Source: Candidatus Eiseniibacteriota bacterium
Lineage (GTDB): Bacteria > Eisenbacteria > RBG-16-71-46 > SZUA-252
Reading direction: 5' to 3'
Length of the DNA stretch: 64,000 nt
NCBI GenBank assembly: GCA_963703225.1
Contig: OY969801.1
Span: forward strand, 1,472,001 to 1,536,000
Under the pieces are notes generated by a model. The model had not been told where the DNA came from. It made no database searches and saw only the letters and a list, made by a program, of their open reading frames with translations. Below are positions 29,643 to 39,977 of the stretch, one piece after another. Position numbers and translations under genes: made by a program. Numbering within the stretch: the stretch's first letter is position 1; each line of letters opens with the position of its first letter.

Positions 29643-31346
29643 ATGTCCAAGGGGATGGGTCAGGGCTGGGGTGACGCGTCACCGCACTGGGTGGCGGCGT
29701 TCCTGATCTGTCTGGTCGTATCCATCGCGGTAAACGCCGCCCTCCTCTTCGAGGGGCACATCATACTGACGGTCGATTTCTACACGCACTACCGATGGGC
29801 CTCGCAATTTCATCAGGCCCTCTCCGAAGGGGTCCTCTATCCGCGGTGGGCGCCGGCCGCAAACAATGGGCTCGGTGAACCGGCGTTCGTCTACTATCCG
29901 CCCTTCTATTTCTACCTCGTCTCGCTCGTGCAAGGGGTGACCGGGAGCCTTTGGAGCGCGATCGAGGTCGTGGCGACCGTGACGAACCTTTGTTCGGGCA
30001 TCCTTGCCTTCGCCATCGCCAGGCGCGCGGTGGGGTTCGGCTGGGCGCTGATTGCCGCGGCGCTGGTGCAGACGTCCCCATTTCTGTTGTTCACGCATGG
30101 ATATCTCAACGCATTCCCGTGGCATGCGAGCATTCCATGGATTCTCCTTGTGTTCTACGCAACGTTGACCCCCGCACGAGCCTCTCTCGATTGGAGACTG
30201 TCCCTCGCGATCGCGCTTCTCGCGGCGACGCACGTTCTGACCGCGTTCATGGTCCTCCTCTGCGTCCCCTGGGCTTGCCTGTCACCGGAGCTGAGAAACC
30301 CCGGTGAGGGCCGGCTGGCGCCCCTGGCGCGGTGGAGCCTGTCCGCGGGGGCGGGTCTACTGCTGGCGATGCCCTACCTACTGCCGGCGTTGACGACGTG
30401 GAAGCTCATTCACGCGGACGCCTGGAACATTCCAAAGATCGTCGATTGGAGGAACGCCTTCGCCTTCCCAATCGTCACGAGCCGGCTATGGGGGCTCCGA
30501 TGGTTCGCGATCCAGTGGGTGTTGGCCGCCTCCGTACTCACGCTGGCGGCGCTGGCGACCGTCCAGGCGTACCGGCTTCGTCGTCGTCGCGCGGAGCTTC
30601 CGCGTGGGCTTGTGCCCCTCTTGTGCGTCGCGTGGGCCGCACTCCTCCTGACAAGCGAGGCCAGCTATCCGCTCTATGCCGCGTTCGGCTTCCTCAGAAA
30701 GGTCCAGTATCCCTACCGCTTCCTCTGCGTCGCCGCCCCCGCCGCGACGCTCGCTGGCCTTCTCGCGCTTTGGGGCGTCCGGCGGGAACACGGCTTCGGG
30801 TGGCGCGCGGCGACCGCGCTCCCGCTCATCGGCTCCCTGCTTCTCTTCGGGGTCGTGGAGCTGGGGCTTCACCGCGAGGGACGACGCCCGCCGACTGGCC
30901 CGGAGGTGCTCCTCGGCAGATTCGGCGCGCTCGAGTACTACACGGCGGCGCGGCAGCCGGGTTGGACGGCGTACGTCGATTCCGGCGGGCTCCGCGGTGC
31001 CTGCATCCGAGCCGGCGGCGACAGCCGCGTCCTACGGGATCGGTCTCACGAGAAGGCGTGGCTGATCCAGACGCGGTCAGACGCGACGCTCCCCCTCCCC
31101 GTCTTCGCCTTTCCTGCGTGGAGCATCACGGTCGATGGCCAGCGGCGGACTCCTGGCGTGGATCCAGGGACCGGACTCCTGGCGGTCCGGCTCCCACCGG
31201 GGGAGCACAGAGCTCGGGTCGCCTGGAGTGGACTGCCGGAGGAACGGGAAGGGTTGGTGATCGGCCTCCTGGCTCTGGCCTGGATCGCGGGGACGTCTCT
31301 GAGGAGGCGTCCTTCGCCTGGCCGTCCCCTATATACTGGCCCGTGA
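29643..31346 (+). CDS. Polytopic GT-C-like membrane protein (PTPS-related/YfhO-like)
   Basis: YPRWAPAANNGLGEPAFVYYPP, QYPYRF, FAFPAWSITVDG. Confidence 0.75.
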   Translation: MSKGMGQGWGDASPHWVAAFLICLVVSIAVNAALLFEGHIILTVDFYTHYRWASQFHQALSEGVLYPRWAPAANNGLGEPAFVYYPPFYFYLVSLVQGVTGSLWSAIEVVATVTNLCSGILAFAIARRAVGFGWALIAAALVQTSPFLLFTHGYLNAFPWHASIPWILLVFYATLTPARASLDWRLSLAIALLAATHVLTAFMVLLCVPWACLSPELRNPGEGRLAPLARWSLSAGAGLLLAMPYLLPALTTWKLIHADAWNIPKIVDWRNAFAFPIVTSRLWGLRWFAIQWVLAASVLTLAALATVQAYRLRRRRAELPRGLVPLLCVAWAALLLTSEASYPLYAAFGFLRKVQYPYRFLCVAAPAATLAGLLALWGVRREHGFGWRAATALPLIGSLLLFGVVELGLHREGRRPPTGPEVLLGRFGALEYYTAARQPGWTAYVDSGGLRGACIRAGGDSRVLRDRSHEKAWLIQTRSDATLPLPVFAFPAWSITVDGQRRTPGVDPGTGLLAVRLPPGEHRARVAWSGLPEEREGLVIGLLALAWIAGTSLRRRPSPGRPLYTGP

Positions 31347-31403
31347 CATGAAACTCATCGTGACGTTGCAGAGCGACGGCTCCGGAGGCCCAGGCACCCT
31401 CGT

Positions 31404-32816
31404 ATGATTTCCCGCTTGGTCCGGTTCCTCCTTCTCGTCATCTCGCTTCAGGCGATCTTCAGCGTGCCCTATCTCAGCCTGAGGACGGTCTTGGGACACG
31501 GAGGTCTCGTGCCCAGTCTCCTCGCCATCGGTGTCGGAGTTTGCATTCTCGCGTTCCTCGGCAGAGGCTCTCGTTCGGCTTCGCCCCGTCCCTCCTTCGA
31601 GTGGATCCTCCGTCCGACCTCGACGGCGACGTGGCTCCTGCTTCTCGCCGTGGTCGGCGTATCGGCCCGACTCGTGTGGGTGTCGCTCTTCCCAGCTCCC
31701 TTCCGGTCGGACGGGAGCGTCTATTTCACCATCGCAAAGCAACTCGCTGAGCTGGGCGTGTACCGGGATCCGCGCGGTGAGTACGCCTTCTGGCCGCCTG
31801 GCTATCCCTTCTACTTGCTCCCGTTCATCAAAGTGTTCGGAGCGAAGGACTGGGTGCCGATCCTTGCGAATTTCGTCCTGTACGTCGGAAGCCTGATCGT
31901 CGTCTACGATCTGGCGCGCCGGTGCCTCGGAAACACGTCTGCCCGCATCGCGACCCTGATCGCGGCCGCCTGGCCCAACTATGTATTCGCCTCGGGAACG
32001 GCGAGCAAGGAGCTACTCCTTGTCACCCTCGTGCCTCTCGCTCTCCTCCTCTACGTGCGCGCCGCCGAGTGCGACAGGCGCGATCTGGCAGCCGGCCTTC
32101 TCGCCCTGTCCGGAGCCACCTTCGCGCTCGCCAGCCTAACGCAACCGGGAATCCTGCTGCTTCCGAGCGTCCTGGTCGGATACGAGATCGCCTCGCGCAG
32201 CTCCATTTCCAAAGCGGTCCTCCGGGTCGGGCTGGTCGTTGCCGTCATGGTCGCCCTGGTGGGGCTCTGGACGTACCGGAATTTTGCGGTGCTCGGGACC
32301 CCGGTCATCTCGACCAATGGAGGCTCGACGTTCTATCGCGCCAACAACAGCCTGGCCACAGGGGGGTACTCGGAGCGCGGAGAACAGAGTCTCGAGGGCC
32401 TCGGAGAGCTGGAGCGGCACCGCGTTGGCATGCAATGGGGGACGGCGTGGATCCGAGACCATCCTCTCGACTTTCTCAAGCTGGCATGGCGGAAGCAGGT
32501 GCTTTTTCTCGGAGACGACGGAGAAGGCGTGTATGAGACGCTCAAGCGAGGGCTCGAGATCGGCGACGCCCGCTACTTCCTACTCAAGATGGTCAGCAAC
32601 CTCTTCTGGCTCGCGCTTTGGATTCTCATCCTGATCGGTCTTACCCGCGGAGGGTGGTTCGCGTCGGGCTCCGCAGCGCTCTCCCTTCTCGGGCTCTCGG
32701 TGATCTATTTTTGGCTGATCGATTCCGTCTTCGAGAGCGGCTCCCGGCATCACATGCCCTTGATCGGGATCCTGTCGGTGCTGGCGACCCTCGGTCTGAG
32801 CGAAAGGCACCAATGA
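31404..32816 (+). CDS. GT-C/ArnT-like (PMT_2) glycosyltransferase
   Basis: SDGSVY, AFWPPGYPFYL, WTYRN, STNGG; many TM helices. Confidence 0.75.
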   Translation: MISRLVRFLLLVISLQAIFSVPYLSLRTVLGHGGLVPSLLAIGVGVCILAFLGRGSRSASPRPSFEWILRPTSTATWLLLLAVVGVSARLVWVSLFPAPFRSDGSVYFTIAKQLAELGVYRDPRGEYAFWPPGYPFYLLPFIKVFGAKDWVPILANFVLYVGSLIVVYDLARRCLGNTSARIATLIAAAWPNYVFASGTASKELLLVTLVPLALLLYVRAAECDRRDLAAGLLALSGATFALASLTQPGILLLPSVLVGYEIASRSSISKAVLRVGLVVAVMVALVGLWTYRNFAVLGTPVISTNGGSTFYRANNSLATGGYSERGEQSLEGLGELERHRVGMQWGTAWIRDHPLDFLKLAWRKQVLFLGDDGEGVYETLKRGLEIGDARYFLLKMVSNLFWLALWILILIGLTRGGWFASGSAALSLLGLSVIYFWLIDSVFESGSRHHMPLIGILSVLATLGLSERHQ

Positions 32817-33193
32817 TCCAAAGCCTGGTTCGCTATACGATGGTCGGCGCCGTCGGTACACTGGCGCACTATCTGGTTCTGTTCACCTTGGTGGAGCGGT
32901 GCGGCGTCCCGCCCGCCGTGGCAACGGCGTTTGGATTCGCGACGGGAGCGGTCATCAACTACTTTCTCAATCTCCGGTTCACGTTTCAGAGTGACCGGCC
33001 GCACCGGGAGGCACTGCCACGATTCCTCACGGTCGCGGCCGCTGGGATGGTCCTCAATTCGGGGATCGTCGCGCTCGGAGCCGAGGTGCTCCGGCTCCAC
33101 TACATGATTCCACAAGTCTTCGCGACAGCGGTCGTAGTCTTCTTGACGTTCTGCGCCAATCGAGTCTGGACGTTTCAGCGGAGGAACCCATGA
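32813..33193 (+). CDS. GtrA-family flippase-like protein
   Basis: RYTMVGAVGT, NYFLNLRFTF, NRVWTF; ATGA coupling on both sides. Confidence 0.85.
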   Translation: MIQSLVRYTMVGAVGTLAHYLVLFTLVERCGVPPAVATAFGFATGAVINYFLNLRFTFQSDRPHREALPRFLTVAAAGMVLNSGIVALGAEVLRLHYMIPQVFATAVVVFLTFCANRVWTFQRRNP

Positions 33194-34200
33194 TGGAGAC
33201 GGCGGTGCGACACTCGGATGGGGGAACGGCATCCGTCAGAGGATCACTGACTGTCGTCGTGCCGGTCTACAACGAAGAGGAAGTCGTTCGCGAGTTTCAA
33301 GGACGCCTCTCGGCCGTTCTCGTGGCCACGGGGATGAAGTGCACGATTCTGTACGTCAATGACGGCAGCAAGGATCGGACCCTCGAGACCTTGCTGGACC
33401 TTCGGCGCGCGGATCCGCGTGTCGAGATCATCGACTTGAGCCGGAATTTCGGCAAGGAGATCGCGCTCACGGCCGGATTGGATCACGCCGACACGGACGC
33501 TGTCGTCGTCATCGACGCCGATCTGCAAGATCCACCGGAGCTCATCCCGGAACTCATCAAGGAATGGCGCGAGGGGTACGACGTCGTCTACGCGCAGCGC
33601 TCCGCGCGGGAGGGCGAAGGGATCATCAAGAAGGCGACGGCGTACACCTTCTATCGTCTCATGCAGCGAGTCTCGCGCGTCCGAATTCCGGAGGACGCCG
33701 GAGATTTCCGGCTGATGAGTCGAAGAGTGGTTGAAGCCCTGCGGGAGCTCCGGGAGCGAAACCGCTTCATGAAGGGGCTCTTCGCGTGGGTCGGCTTCAA
33801 GCAGAAGGCCGTGCGATTCCACCGGCAGGCTCGGTTTGCAGGGCAAACGAAGTGGAATTATTGGAAACTCTGGAATTTCGCGCTGGAGGGCTTCACATCG
33901 TTCACGACGGCACCGCTCAAGATCGCCACGTACGTCGGACTGACGATCGCGATCGGAGCGTTGATCTTTGCGATGGTCGTCGTCTACAAGACCCTCGTGT
34001 TTGGCGATCCTGTGCGCGGCTACCCGTCCCTGATGGTCGTCGTGCTGTTCCTGGGCGGCGCGCAGCTCATGACGATAGGGATCCTGGGCGAATATGTCGG
34101 CCGAATGTTCGACGAGACAAAGGCGAGGCCCCTCTACTTGGTGCAGGGGCACTATCGGGCGGCCGCGGCGCCACCCGGCGCGGCCGAGAGGCCGGAATAG
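33190..34200 (+). CDS. GT2 polyprenyl-phosphate glycosyltransferase (GtrB-like)
   Basis: VVPVYNEE, VNDGSKD, SRNFGKE, DADLQDPP, GEYVGR; two C-terminal TM helices. Confidence 0.9.
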   Translation: MMETAVRHSDGGTASVRGSLTVVVPVYNEEEVVREFQGRLSAVLVATGMKCTILYVNDGSKDRTLETLLDLRRADPRVEIIDLSRNFGKEIALTAGLDHADTDAVVVIDADLQDPPELIPELIKEWREGYDVVYAQRSAREGEGIIKKATAYTFYRLMQRVSRVRIPEDAGDFRLMSRRVVEALRELRERNRFMKGLFAWVGFKQKAVRFHRQARFAGQTKWNYWKLWNFALEGFTSFTTAPLKIATYVGLTIAIGALIFAMVVVYKTLVFGDPVRGYPSLMVVVLFLGGAQLMTIGILGEYVGRMFDETKARPLYLVQGHYRAAAAPPGAAERPE

Positions 34201-34204
34201 GAAC

Positions 34205-35194
34205 GTGCACCGCCTGCGCGTCCTGATTACCATCGACACGGAGTTCTGGCCCGAGAATCCGGACTTTACGGGCCGCATCCGCCAAGAGGAGCTCAACCCG
34301 GAGCGTGAGCTCAGCCGGGACATCTTCGGCATCACCCCGCGAGGTTCCTTCGGGATCGGGTATCAGCTGGATCTCTTCCGGGCTCATAGCCTTCGAGCGG
34401 TCTATTTTGTCGAAGCCCTCGCCGCGAGCGTCGTGGGGCCCGAGCCGCTCCGCCGAACGGTCGCCGCGATTCTCGAGGCGGGCCAGGAGGTGCAGCTTCA
34501 CGTCCACACCGAGTGGCTGAAGGTGGAGCCCAACACGATTCTGCCGGGACGGACCGGCCAGAACATGCGCCAATTCACACTCGAAGAACAGCGCGCGCTC
34601 CTCTCACGGGCTCGCGACAATCTGATCGCGGCGGGCGCGTCGTCCGTGACCGCCTACCGCGCCGGCAACTACGGCGCCAGCTGGGAAACATTGCGCGCAC
34701 TCGCGTCTATCGGGCTAACATTCGATTCCAGCCACAACACCGGGCATCTCGGGCGCGCGTGCGACATGCCCACCGAGGCGCCCCTCGTACAGCCGGTCTT
34801 GCGCGACGGCGTGTGGGAGCTGCCGGTGAGCTGGTTCGAGGATTGGCCGGGACACTACCGCCACGCCCAGCTCACCGCCTGCTCCACGGATGAGCTGACT
34901 TATGCCCTGCTCGAGGCTTGGCGCCGCCGATGGTATTGTTTCGTCATCGTGACGCACAGCAATGAGCTCCTCAACCGGAGCAAGGATGGCCCCAACCCAG
35001 TCGCGGGGATGCGCATGCGCCAACTCTGCCGGTTCTTGCAGGCTCACCGCGATCGGTTCGAGACGGTGACGTTCGCCGATCTGGAGCCGGGGGACATCCC
35101 CGTGTCGGTCGATCACGCCGCACCCATTCGCTCCAGCCCGCTACGGACCGCTTGGCGGATGGGAGAACAGCTTGTCCAGCGATGGATCGGCTAG
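34205..35194 (+). CDS. Polysaccharide deacetylase-like protein
   Basis: ITIDTE, QEVQLHVH.EW, AYRAGNY, FDSS. Confidence 0.75.
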   Translation: MHRLRVLITIDTEFWPENPDFTGRIRQEELNPERELSRDIFGITPRGSFGIGYQLDLFRAHSLRAVYFVEALAASVVGPEPLRRTVAAILEAGQEVQLHVHTEWLKVEPNTILPGRTGQNMRQFTLEEQRALLSRARDNLIAAGASSVTAYRAGNYGASWETLRALASIGLTFDSSHNTGHLGRACDMPTEAPLVQPVLRDGVWELPVSWFEDWPGHYRHAQLTACSTDELTYALLEAWRRRWYCFVIVTHSNELLNRSKDGPNPVAGMRMRQLCRFLQAHRDRFETVTFADLEPGDIPVSVDHAAPIRSSPLRTAWRMGEQLVQRWIG

Positions 35195-36149
35195 CCCCGG
35201 CTGGGTACCCCGGCGGGTCAAGTGGACGTACAGGTTTGGTGAGTTCTCGCTTTTCCAGGCCTCGTTTCAAATGCTGCAGCGGGACGCCCACTTCACGGAG
35301 CTGGACGCGAAGGCGGGCGACCCTGACCTTCCGCCAGCGCACGAGCCCGGTCTCGCCGGGTTCCTCATTCGCTCACACCCGATGGAGCAGCCGCCGCCAC
35401 GGCTGCGCCTCCGCCGTGGCCTCCTGGTATACGTCCCGGCGTGGTACCGGCGATACTGGGTGGACCTTCGCGGGACGTTCGCCGACTACACGAAGAAATT
35501 CTCTGGAAAATCCCGCTCCACCCTGACGCGGAAGGTCCGCAAATTCCGCGAGGCGGCGGGCACCGAATCGGTTTTTCGCGAATTCAAGCGCCCCGAGGAG
35601 ATGGATGAGTTCTTCCTGGTAGCCCGGCGAATTTCCGAGAAGACCTATCAGGAGCGCCTGCTGGATGCGGGGCTCCCCGCGACCGATGCCTTCCGGACAG
35701 GGCTGGTCGACCTCGCACGCCGGGGACGCGTCCGCGGCTTCATCCTCTCTTCGGGTGAACGCCCCGTGGCCTACCTGTACTGCCCCATGTACCGGGAGTC
35801 GGGGATCCTCTTCTATTCCCACCTCGGGTACGATCCGGAGTTCGAGCAGCTCTCGCCGGGAACCGTTCTCCAGTACCTCGCGCTCGAGCGGCTCTTCGAG
35901 GGCGGAGACATGAAACTGTTCGACTTTCTGGAAGGCGAAACGCCGCAGAAGGAGTCCTTCGCGACAGGAAACACGCTTTGTGCCGACCTCTACTTCTTTC
36001 GGCTCACGCCCCGAAACGCATGCCTTGTGCTCCTGCGCCACTCGATCGACTCGCTTTCCACGGCGATGGTTCGAGCGTTGACCGTGCTGGGGGTGAAGCA
36101 GAGGCTCAAGAGGCTCATCCGGCGCGGCTACAGGCCGGCGCCCCGATGA
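35172..36149 (+). CDS. GNAT-family (CelD/BcsL-like) acyltransferase
   Basis: FSGKSRSTL.RKVRK, LGYDPEF...SPGTVL, FDFLEG...K. Confidence 0.78.
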   Translation: MSSDGSASPGWVPRRVKWTYRFGEFSLFQASFQMLQRDAHFTELDAKAGDPDLPPAHEPGLAGFLIRSHPMEQPPPRLRLRRGLLVYVPAWYRRYWVDLRGTFADYTKKFSGKSRSTLTRKVRKFREAAGTESVFREFKRPEEMDEFFLVARRISEKTYQERLLDAGLPATDAFRTGLVDLARRGRVRGFILSSGERPVAYLYCPMYRESGILFYSHLGYDPEFEQLSPGTVLQYLALERLFEGGDMKLFDFLEGETPQKESFATGNTLCADLYFFRLTPRNACLVLLRHSIDSLSTAMVRALTVLGVKQRLKRLIRRGYRPAPR

Positions 36150-36245
36150 GCCGGGGCTGACGTCCTCGGCGAACATCGGTGCCCACGCCGCGCAGGTCGG
36201 CGTGCCTGTCTCGCGCACCTCCGCCTCGATGTTTTCGGCCAAGTC

Positions 36246-36254
36246 TGATATACT
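36246..36254 (+). promoter_or_regulatory. Extended -10 element of a possible internal promoter
   Basis: TGATATACT in a 216-bp intergenic gap. Confidence 0.4.
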
Positions 36255-36365
36255 TAGGGATGCTTGATGGGGATTGCCGGTCCCTACGCCGCCCCCAGCC
36301 GGTGGCGTCGTCCCATCCCATCGGACACCCCAACCGGCCCCCGCGCAATCACGTGAGGATTCCCG

Positions 36366-37274
36366 TTGAACGGCACTCAGGCCCCACAGGTCAGTATTGG
36401 AGTTCCCGTCTACAACGGCGAGCCGCAGCTGGCGCGGTCCCTCGACTCGCTCCTCGCTCAGTCTTTGAAAGATTTTGAGATCATCATTTCGGACAATCAT
36501 TCAACCGACCGAAGCGAGGCGATCTGTCGGGAGTACGCGGCCCGCGATCCGCGCATCCAATACCACCGCAGCGAGCGCAATCGGGGCGCGGCGTGGAATT
36601 TCAATCGCGTCCTCGAGCTCTCGAGGGGCCGCTATTTCAAATGGGCTTCCGCAAACGACATTCACGCCCCCGATTTCCTCATCCGCTGCGTCGAAGTCCT
36701 CGACGCTCGCCCTGAGGTCGTGCTTTGCTATCCCAAGACGCAAATCATTGACGACGACGGCTCGGTGGTGCGGAATTCAGAGGACAACCTCGACCTGCCC
36801 TGGCGGGAAGCGTCGCGGCGATTCACCGAGTACGTGGATCGGGTGCGACTCTGCAACGCGATTTTCGGCTTGATGCGCCCTGAGGTGCTCCGACGTACGG
36901 GCAAGATCGGGGCTTACCCTGGGTCCGATGTCGTACTGCTGGGCGAGTTGACGTTGCATGGCGCCTTCGCTGAAGTGCCCGAATTCCTTTTCTATCGTAG
37001 ACTGGAGCGCCAGAACATGGTCCGGAATCAATCGGTGGAAGCATGGCAGGAGTTCTATGACCCCAACACTCGGGGCAGAATCTTCATGCGCACGTGGCGG
37101 CATCAGTACGGGTACCTGTTGGCCACTCTTCGAAGCCCGCTGCCGGTTTCCGAGAAGGCGTACATCGCCTCCCGCATTGGCCGCTTCTGCATCACTCAGA
37201 GGCGCGATCTGGCGCGGGAGCTGGCGGGGGCGGCATGGAAGCTCGCGGGCCGCGGTCCGGTGCGAAAGGCATGA
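36366..37274 (+). CDS. Glycosyltransferase family 2
   Basis: VSIGVPVYNGE, IISDNHSTD, GAAWNFN, YFKWASAND. Confidence 0.88.
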   Translation: MNGTQAPQVSIGVPVYNGEPQLARSLDSLLAQSLKDFEIIISDNHSTDRSEAICREYAARDPRIQYHRSERNRGAAWNFNRVLELSRGRYFKWASANDIHAPDFLIRCVEVLDARPEVVLCYPKTQIIDDDGSVVRNSEDNLDLPWREASRRFTEYVDRVRLCNAIFGLMRPEVLRRTGKIGAYPGSDVVLLGELTLHGAFAEVPEFLFYRRLERQNMVRNQSVEAWQEFYDPNTRGRIFMRTWRHQYGYLLATLRSPLPVSEKAYIASRIGRFCITQRRDLARELAGAAWKLAGRGPVRKA

Positions 37275-37996
37275 CCTCTCCCGAATTCCCATCGCTTGCC
37301 GACCAGGAGCGCTTCTGGGAGACATGGCAAGAGGCTAAATCCATCACCGAGTGGTCCCAGATCCGCGCGGAGGTGATTCTGAATCTCCTCCGAGGGTTGA
37401 GCTTGAAGGATTCAGAGATCCTTGACTTGGGCTGCGGAACCGGTTGGTTCACCGAGCGTCTCGCCGCATTCGGAAAGGCTACCGGCACCGACCTCTCGCT
37501 CAAAGCCATCGAGGAGGCCAAGAGGCGGTTTCCGCAGGGGACCTTCGTCGGAGGGGACCTGTTTCAGGTTCCGCTCCCCGAGGCTCATTACGACGTCGTC
37601 GTATCGCAGCAGGTGATCGCCCACGTCGTCGACCAGCCTCGCTACGTGGAGCGAGCGGCGTCGCTTCTCAAGCCGCGCGGGCACCTCATCCTCACGACCC
37701 CAAACAAGTTTGTCATGGACCGGTTGGGAGACCAGGGATGGGACGCGACACCGCCCGAACACATCGAGCAATGGCTCGACCGCAAGGCCGTGGTTCGGTT
37801 GTTGCGGCCCCGATTTGAGATTCTCAAATTCACGTCCATCCTTCCCATGGGTGACCGCGGGATCCTCCGTCTTGTGAATTCAGCGAGGCTGAATCGGGCG
37901 CTTGGCTTCATCATTCCGGCTGCCCGTTTGCGTGCGCTCAAGGAGCGGGCCGGGCTGGGATACACGCTGATCGCTCTCGCCCGGAAATGCGACTGA
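37271..37996 (+). CDS. Class I SAM-dependent methyltransferase
   Basis: ILDLGCGTG, QVIAHV, LKPRGHLILTTPN. Confidence 0.85.
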   Translation: MTSPEFPSLADQERFWETWQEAKSITEWSQIRAEVILNLLRGLSLKDSEILDLGCGTGWFTERLAAFGKATGTDLSLKAIEEAKRRFPQGTFVGGDLFQVPLPEAHYDVVVSQQVIAHVVDQPRYVERAASLLKPRGHLILTTPNKFVMDRLGDQGWDATPPEHIEQWLDRKAVVRLLRPRFEILKFTSILPMGDRGILRLVNSARLNRALGFIIPAARLRALKERAGLGYTLIALARKCD

Positions 37997-39330
37997 CCCG
38001 GTCCCACCGGATCGGAATATTCGGGCACGTCGGAAACCAAAATCTCGGCGACGAAGCGACCGTTACCGCCGTCATCCAGGGCCTGCGCGACCGGATCCCG
38101 GGGGCCGAGATCTCGGCCTTCACGATTCATCCAGAGGACACTCAGGCGCGCCACGGCATCCCGGCATTTCCGATACGACCCGGCGTCGGCTCGCCCAGGC
38201 CCGCCTCCGCTGGACTCGATGCCTCGCGCCCCGGAGCCGAGGGTGCGTCGACGAGGGGCGCGACCTACGCCGCCATCCGGCGCGTCCCGGGCCTCTATCC
38301 CCTCCTCTCGGGCGCCCGCGATGCGTTCCGGTGGTTGGGCGACGCGCTCGTGGAGGCCGCGTTCTGGGGGAAACGCTACAGTTCCCTCCGGCGAATCGAC
38401 CTCCTGATCGTCGCGGGATCGAACCAACTCTCCGATTACGTCGGGGGCCCCTGGGGCTTCCCTTACACCATCTTCGCCTGGTCGGTGGCCGCGCGGCTGA
38501 CGGGCACCCGAGTCGCCTTCCTGAGCGTTGGAGCCGGGCCACTCCGAACCCGGCTCGGCCGCTACTTCCTTCGAAAGGCGATCGGCTGGGCGGTGTACAG
38601 CTCGTTTCGGGACGAAGGATCCCGCGACACGATCAAGTCGCTCGGGGTCGGCGCGCCCCATCGTGTCGCACCCGATCTCGCGCACGGACTGCGTTTCGAG
38701 GTCCCGTCGGACGGCCCGCGGCCGGCCGCCACGCGGACCGTCGTGGTGAATCCCCTTCCCTACATGGATCCCAGATTCTGGGCTGAGAGCGATTCGGACG
38801 CATACGCCCGCTATGTGGATTTGCTCGCGTCCTTCGCCCGGACGCTTCTGGAGCGGGGTCACAGGGTCCGGTTGGTCCCGACGCAGCTCCGCGCCGATCC
38901 GCCCGTGATCGCGGACGTGATGCGGGCGCTCGGCCCACGCCCGCGCTCGGAGGCCCTCCACGATCGGATCGATCCGCCGGTGGCGGGTTTCGAGGACCTG
39001 ATCGCGATTCTCGCCGAGGCGGACGTGGTCGTCGCGACGCGCTTCCATGGGGTGGTTCTCGCCCAAATGCTCGGCAAACCCACGATCGGAATCGCGTACC
39101 GCCGTTCGACGACGGATCTGCTGGTTGATGTGGGCCAGGGCGCCTACGCGATCGACATCGCCGCCCTCACGCTGGACGGGCTCTTGGGCCGGCTCGAGGC
39201 GCTCGAAGCGGATCGGGGCGCGAGCGGGCGGCTCGCCGCGCGGATCGAGACGTACCGGAAAGCCGTCGCCGCCCAGTACGATGAGCTCTTGGGGAGCGCG
39301 GGGCCGGTACGGCCAGCCCCCCTCGCCTAA
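37987..39330 (+). CDS. Polysaccharide pyruvyl transferase family protein
   Basis: GNQNLGDEA, SVGAGP, FRD, APDLA, ATRFHG. Confidence 0.85.
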   Translation: MRLTRSHRIGIFGHVGNQNLGDEATVTAVIQGLRDRIPGAEISAFTIHPEDTQARHGIPAFPIRPGVGSPRPASAGLDASRPGAEGASTRGATYAAIRRVPGLYPLLSGARDAFRWLGDALVEAAFWGKRYSSLRRIDLLIVAGSNQLSDYVGGPWGFPYTIFAWSVAARLTGTRVAFLSVGAGPLRTRLGRYFLRKAIGWAVYSSFRDEGSRDTIKSLGVGAPHRVAPDLAHGLRFEVPSDGPRPAATRTVVVNPLPYMDPRFWAESDSDAYARYVDLLASFARTLLERGHRVRLVPTQLRADPPVIADVMRALGPRPRSEALHDRIDPPVAGFEDLIAILAEADVVVATRFHGVVLAQMLGKPTIGIAYRRSTTDLLVDVGQGAYAIDIAALTLDGLLGRLEALEADRGASGRLAARIETYRKAVAAQYDELLGSAGPVRPAPLA

Positions 39331-39977
39331 AAGCTCAGCTTTCGCCCGTAGAAGGCTTCGGCGTATCGAGGTGCACGCGATTCCACGCCTCGGAGCTGCA
39401 TCAGCGCCCGCAGAGTCTCCTCCGTGAACCAGGGCTTCGGACGCTGCGACTTGTAACTGCGGACGATGTTGCGGATCTTCCGTTCGCAGGTCGAGCCATC
39501 GAGGCGCGCGAAGACATTCGGCGCGCCGAGATCGCCATCGTACTTGGGGATCTCGTATTCGAGGATCAACGAATCACGAAATGTCTGCCACGTGGTGTCG
39601 CTCACCAGGCGGTGATCTTGGTGCCGATCATCGCGGTAGTGGGTGAAGATGACGTTCGGGGTCCACGTCCGCTTCAAAGTCTCGAAGTAGCGCTTGATTT
39701 CCGACCCCTGGTAGGGAAAGTGGCCATCGGCGAACGCCTCGATTCGCACCGTCCGAGAACGGGAGCCCTTGAGAAACAGCTCGGCCGATGCCGCGGCTTC
39801 ACGGGCCCGCTCCTTCGTCGAGCTGAGGACGATCCAGCGAACGGCCACGTCGTGGCGCTCCTTGAGGAGACGGAGCACGGTTCCGCCGCAGCCGATCTCG
39901 ATATCGTCGCAGTGGGCGCCGATGCAGAGAATGGTGGGCCTGCGCGACAGGCTATCGATGAGCCGGAGTTGAGTCAT
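39327..39977 (-). CDS. PIG-L/LmbE-family deacetylase
   Basis: GAHCDDIEIGCGG, HQDH, YEIPKYDGD, AEAF. Confidence 0.88.
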   Translation of the reverse strand: MTQLRLIDSLSRRPTILCIGAHCDDIEIGCGGTVLRLLKERHDVAVRWIVLSSTKERAREAAASAELFLKGSRSRTVRIEAFADGHFPYQGSEIKRYFETLKRTWTPNVIFTHYRDDRHQDHRLVSDTTWQTFRDSLILEYEIPKYDGDLGAPNVFARLDGSTCERKIRNIVRSYKSQRPKPWFTEETLRALMQLRGVESRAPRYAEAFYGRKLSF

